A stretch of DNA of 64,000 nucleotides from Alphaproteobacteria bacterium (GTDB lineage: Bacteria; Pseudomonadota; Alphaproteobacteria; GCA-2731375): positions 5,472,001 through 5,536,000 of the forward strand of contig CBDDPY010000002.1 of NCBI GenBank assembly GCA_965232515.1, given 5' to 3'. Shown in pieces: positions 62,067 through 64,000 of the stretch (position 1 is its first letter; each line of letters opens with the position of its first letter). The position numbers were made by a program, and so were the translations under genes. The notes below the pieces were generated by a model. The model was not told where the DNA came from and made no database searches. It saw only the letters and a program-made list of their open reading frames with translations.

Positions 62067-63341
62067 TTAAACGATCCGCGACTGCATCCAGGCGGCGATG
62101 GACAGCAGCTTGTCGTCGCCACCCATGGCGCCGACGGCCTGCACGCCTAGCGGCAGGCCGTTCGGGCCGACATGGCCGGGCAGGCTGACGCACGGTACGC
62201 CCAGCAGCGTCGTCATGCGGTTGAACAGCGGATCGCCGGTGGTCTCGAGTCCCGCCGGCGCCTCGCCCGCCGCGCTCGGCATCAGCATGGCGTCGTATTC
62301 GTGCATCAGGTCGTACCAGTAGCGCCGGCAGTCGTCGCGCACGCCGATCGCCGCCTCGTAGTCCGCATGCACCATGGCCAGGCCGTCGGCGATCAGGTCG
62401 TAGATATGCTGGCTCAGCTTGGTGCTGTGGCGGGCCCATTCGAACGGCAGGGCGCGGGCCGCGTCAAACGTCATCACCGTCCGGTGCGCCTCGACCGACC
62501 GATCGAACGGCGTCGGCAGGTCGATCTCGTCGACCACGGCGCCGGCATCGCGCAGGGCCGTGGCGGCGTCCTCGACGGCCTGCTGCATCACCGGCTCGGC
62601 CTGGTTCCATTCGTAGGTCCGGCAGAGGCCGATGCGCGGCGCTCCATCGAGCGCGTGCGGATGCGCCGGCGCGTCCAGCAGCGCCGCCCGCACCAGGCAG
62701 GCGTCCTCCACTGAGCGCGAGAACGTGCCCAGCGTGTCGAGCGTAAACGCCAGCGGCTTGATCCGGCTGAGATCGAAGCTGTCCCGCGACGACTTGTAGC
62801 CGACGACGCCGCAGTAAGACGCCGGCCGGATCACCGAGCCGCCGGTTTGGGTGCCGTAGGCGAGCGGGATCATGCAGTCGGCCACGGCCGCGGCCGAGCC
62901 GCTCGATGAGCCGCCTGGCGTATGCGCGGGGTTGTGTGGATTATGTGTCTTGCCGGGCTGGAAGAAGGCGAATTCCGTGGTCACCGTCTTGCCCATGATG
63001 ATCGCGCCCATGGTGCGGATCATGGCGACGCATGAGGCGTCGCGGCTCGGCCGGTGGCCCTGATAGATCGGCGAGCCGTAGGCCGTCGGCATGTCGTAGG
63101 TGTCGATGATGTCCTTCACGCCGAACGGCAGGCCGTGCAGCGGTCCGCGCAATGCGCCGGCATCGCGCCGTTTCGCCTGCTCCAGCGCCAGTTCCGGATC
63201 GAGGAACTCCCAGGCCTGGACCTCGCCCTCTCGGGCCTCGATCCGCTCCAGACAGGCTCGCGTCAGGGATTCTGAACTGATGGCGCTGTCGGCGATGGCG
63301 GTCGCCGCCTCGCAGGCGGTCAGCTCGTTCAGCGGTTTCAT
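62067..63341 (-). CDS. Amidase signature family protein
   Basis: GPLHGLPFGVKD, GKTVTTEF, TPGGSSSGSAAAVA and GTQTGGSVIRPASYCG motifs; GAGGG RBS before ATG 63341. Confidence 0.92.
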   Translation of the reverse strand: MKPLNELTACEAATAIADSAISSESLTRACLERIEAREGEVQAWEFLDPELALEQAKRRDAGALRGPLHGLPFGVKDIIDTYDMPTAYGSPIYQGHRPSRDASCVAMIRTMGAIIMGKTVTTEFAFFQPGKTHNPHNPAHTPGGSSSGSAAAVADCMIPLAYGTQTGGSVIRPASYCGVVGYKSSRDSFDLSRIKPLAFTLDTLGTFSRSVEDACLVRAALLDAPAHPHALDGAPRIGLCRTYEWNQAEPVMQQAVEDAATALRDAGAVVDEIDLPTPFDRSVEAHRTVMTFDAARALPFEWARHSTKLSQHIYDLIADGLAMVHADYEAAIGVRDDCRRYWYDLMHEYDAMLMPSAAGEAPAGLETTGDPLFNRMTTLLGVPCVSLPGHVGPNGLPLGVQAVGAMGGDDKLLSIAAWMQSRIV

Positions 63342-63485
63342 CGTCTTGCCCTCACGATTCGACGTCACCACATTAGAACACGGTATTTTACGCGTATCAG
63401 CGCCGGGAACGCACCGCACGGCGCGCCGCTTGCACTGCGGCTGAAGATAGAGAGAATCTACCGGCCAAAGATGAAGGACCCGGTA

Positions 63486-64000
63486 ATGCGGCGCCTGATC
63501 TTGCCGATTTTGGGAATGTTTTTGTTTTGTTCGGTTCCGGCCGCGGCGGCGGTGGAATTCGGCCGTTATCGCGCCCTCGTCATCGGCATCAACGACTATC
63601 AGCACCTGCCGAACCTGGAAACGGCGGTCAATGACGCCAGCGCCATGGCCGATCTCTTGCGCCGGCAATACGGCTACGAGGTCTCGTTGCTGCTGAACCC
63701 GACGCGCTATCAGATGGTCCGGGCGCTGAACGAGATGCGGGCCGAGCTGACGCCGGACGACAATCTGCTCATCTACTATGCCGGCCACGGCGTGCTCGAC
63801 CGAGAGACCGACCGGGGCTTCTGGCTGCCGATCGATGCCGAGACCGACAACGAGGCGAACTGGATCTCGAACGAGACGCTGACCAGCAACCTGCGCGCCA
63901 TGTCGGCGAAGCATGTGCTGGTGATCGCCGATTCCTGCTATGCCGGCACGCTGGTGCGCACGGCCGACGCCGAGCTCAAGACCGGCACCGAGCGCAATGC
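63486..64000 (+). CDS. Secreted caspase-like peptidase C14; runs off the right edge (alternative ATG 63471)
   Basis: Not in the ORF track. Manual translation gives signal MRRLILPILGMFLFCSVPAAAA, then YRALVIGINDY, AVNDA, YYAGHG and IADSCYAG (His/Cys dyad). Confidence 0.88.
   Translation, partial: MRRLILPILGMFLFCSVPAAAAVEFGRYRALVIGINDYQHLPNLETAVNDASAMADLLRRQYGYEVSLLLNPTRYQMVRALNEMRAELTPDDNLLIYYAGHGVLDRETDRGFWLPIDAETDNEANWISNETLTSNLRAMSAKHVLVIADSCYAGTLVRTADAELKTGTERN

Overview
High-GC, gene-dense chromosomal window whose gene content suggests an alphaproteobacterium (Rhodospirillales-like; inferred). About 60 CDSs, mostly catabolic. They include an atuCDEF-like acyclic-terpene/branched acyl-CoA operon with a LiuR-type operator, accessory beta-oxidation genes, sugar-acid genes (uxaA, SDR, kdgK, eda), phoX with a probable Pho box, a hydantoinase/oxoprolinase + TAXI-TRAP + ThDP enzyme + CoA ligase cluster, a peptide ABC operon ending in an unusual tmk, a SAM-cyclase-STAND-TPR gene and a secreted caspase-like protease. 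No rRNA, tRNA, CRISPR array or transposase was recognised. The most interesting signals are non-coding. (1) A DUF559 endonuclease gene is bracketed by inverted BoxC/triplex-type repeats, and the same repeats recur without the nuclease at two other sites, suggesting a REP/RAYT-like nuclease-repeat system. (2) A 270-bp TTAA-bounded element folds into a gap-free four-way junction with strand-biased mismatches. (3) Four CGTC/CCTC-tagged REP doublets all sit between convergent genes. All calls are from reading the sequence; no searches were run.
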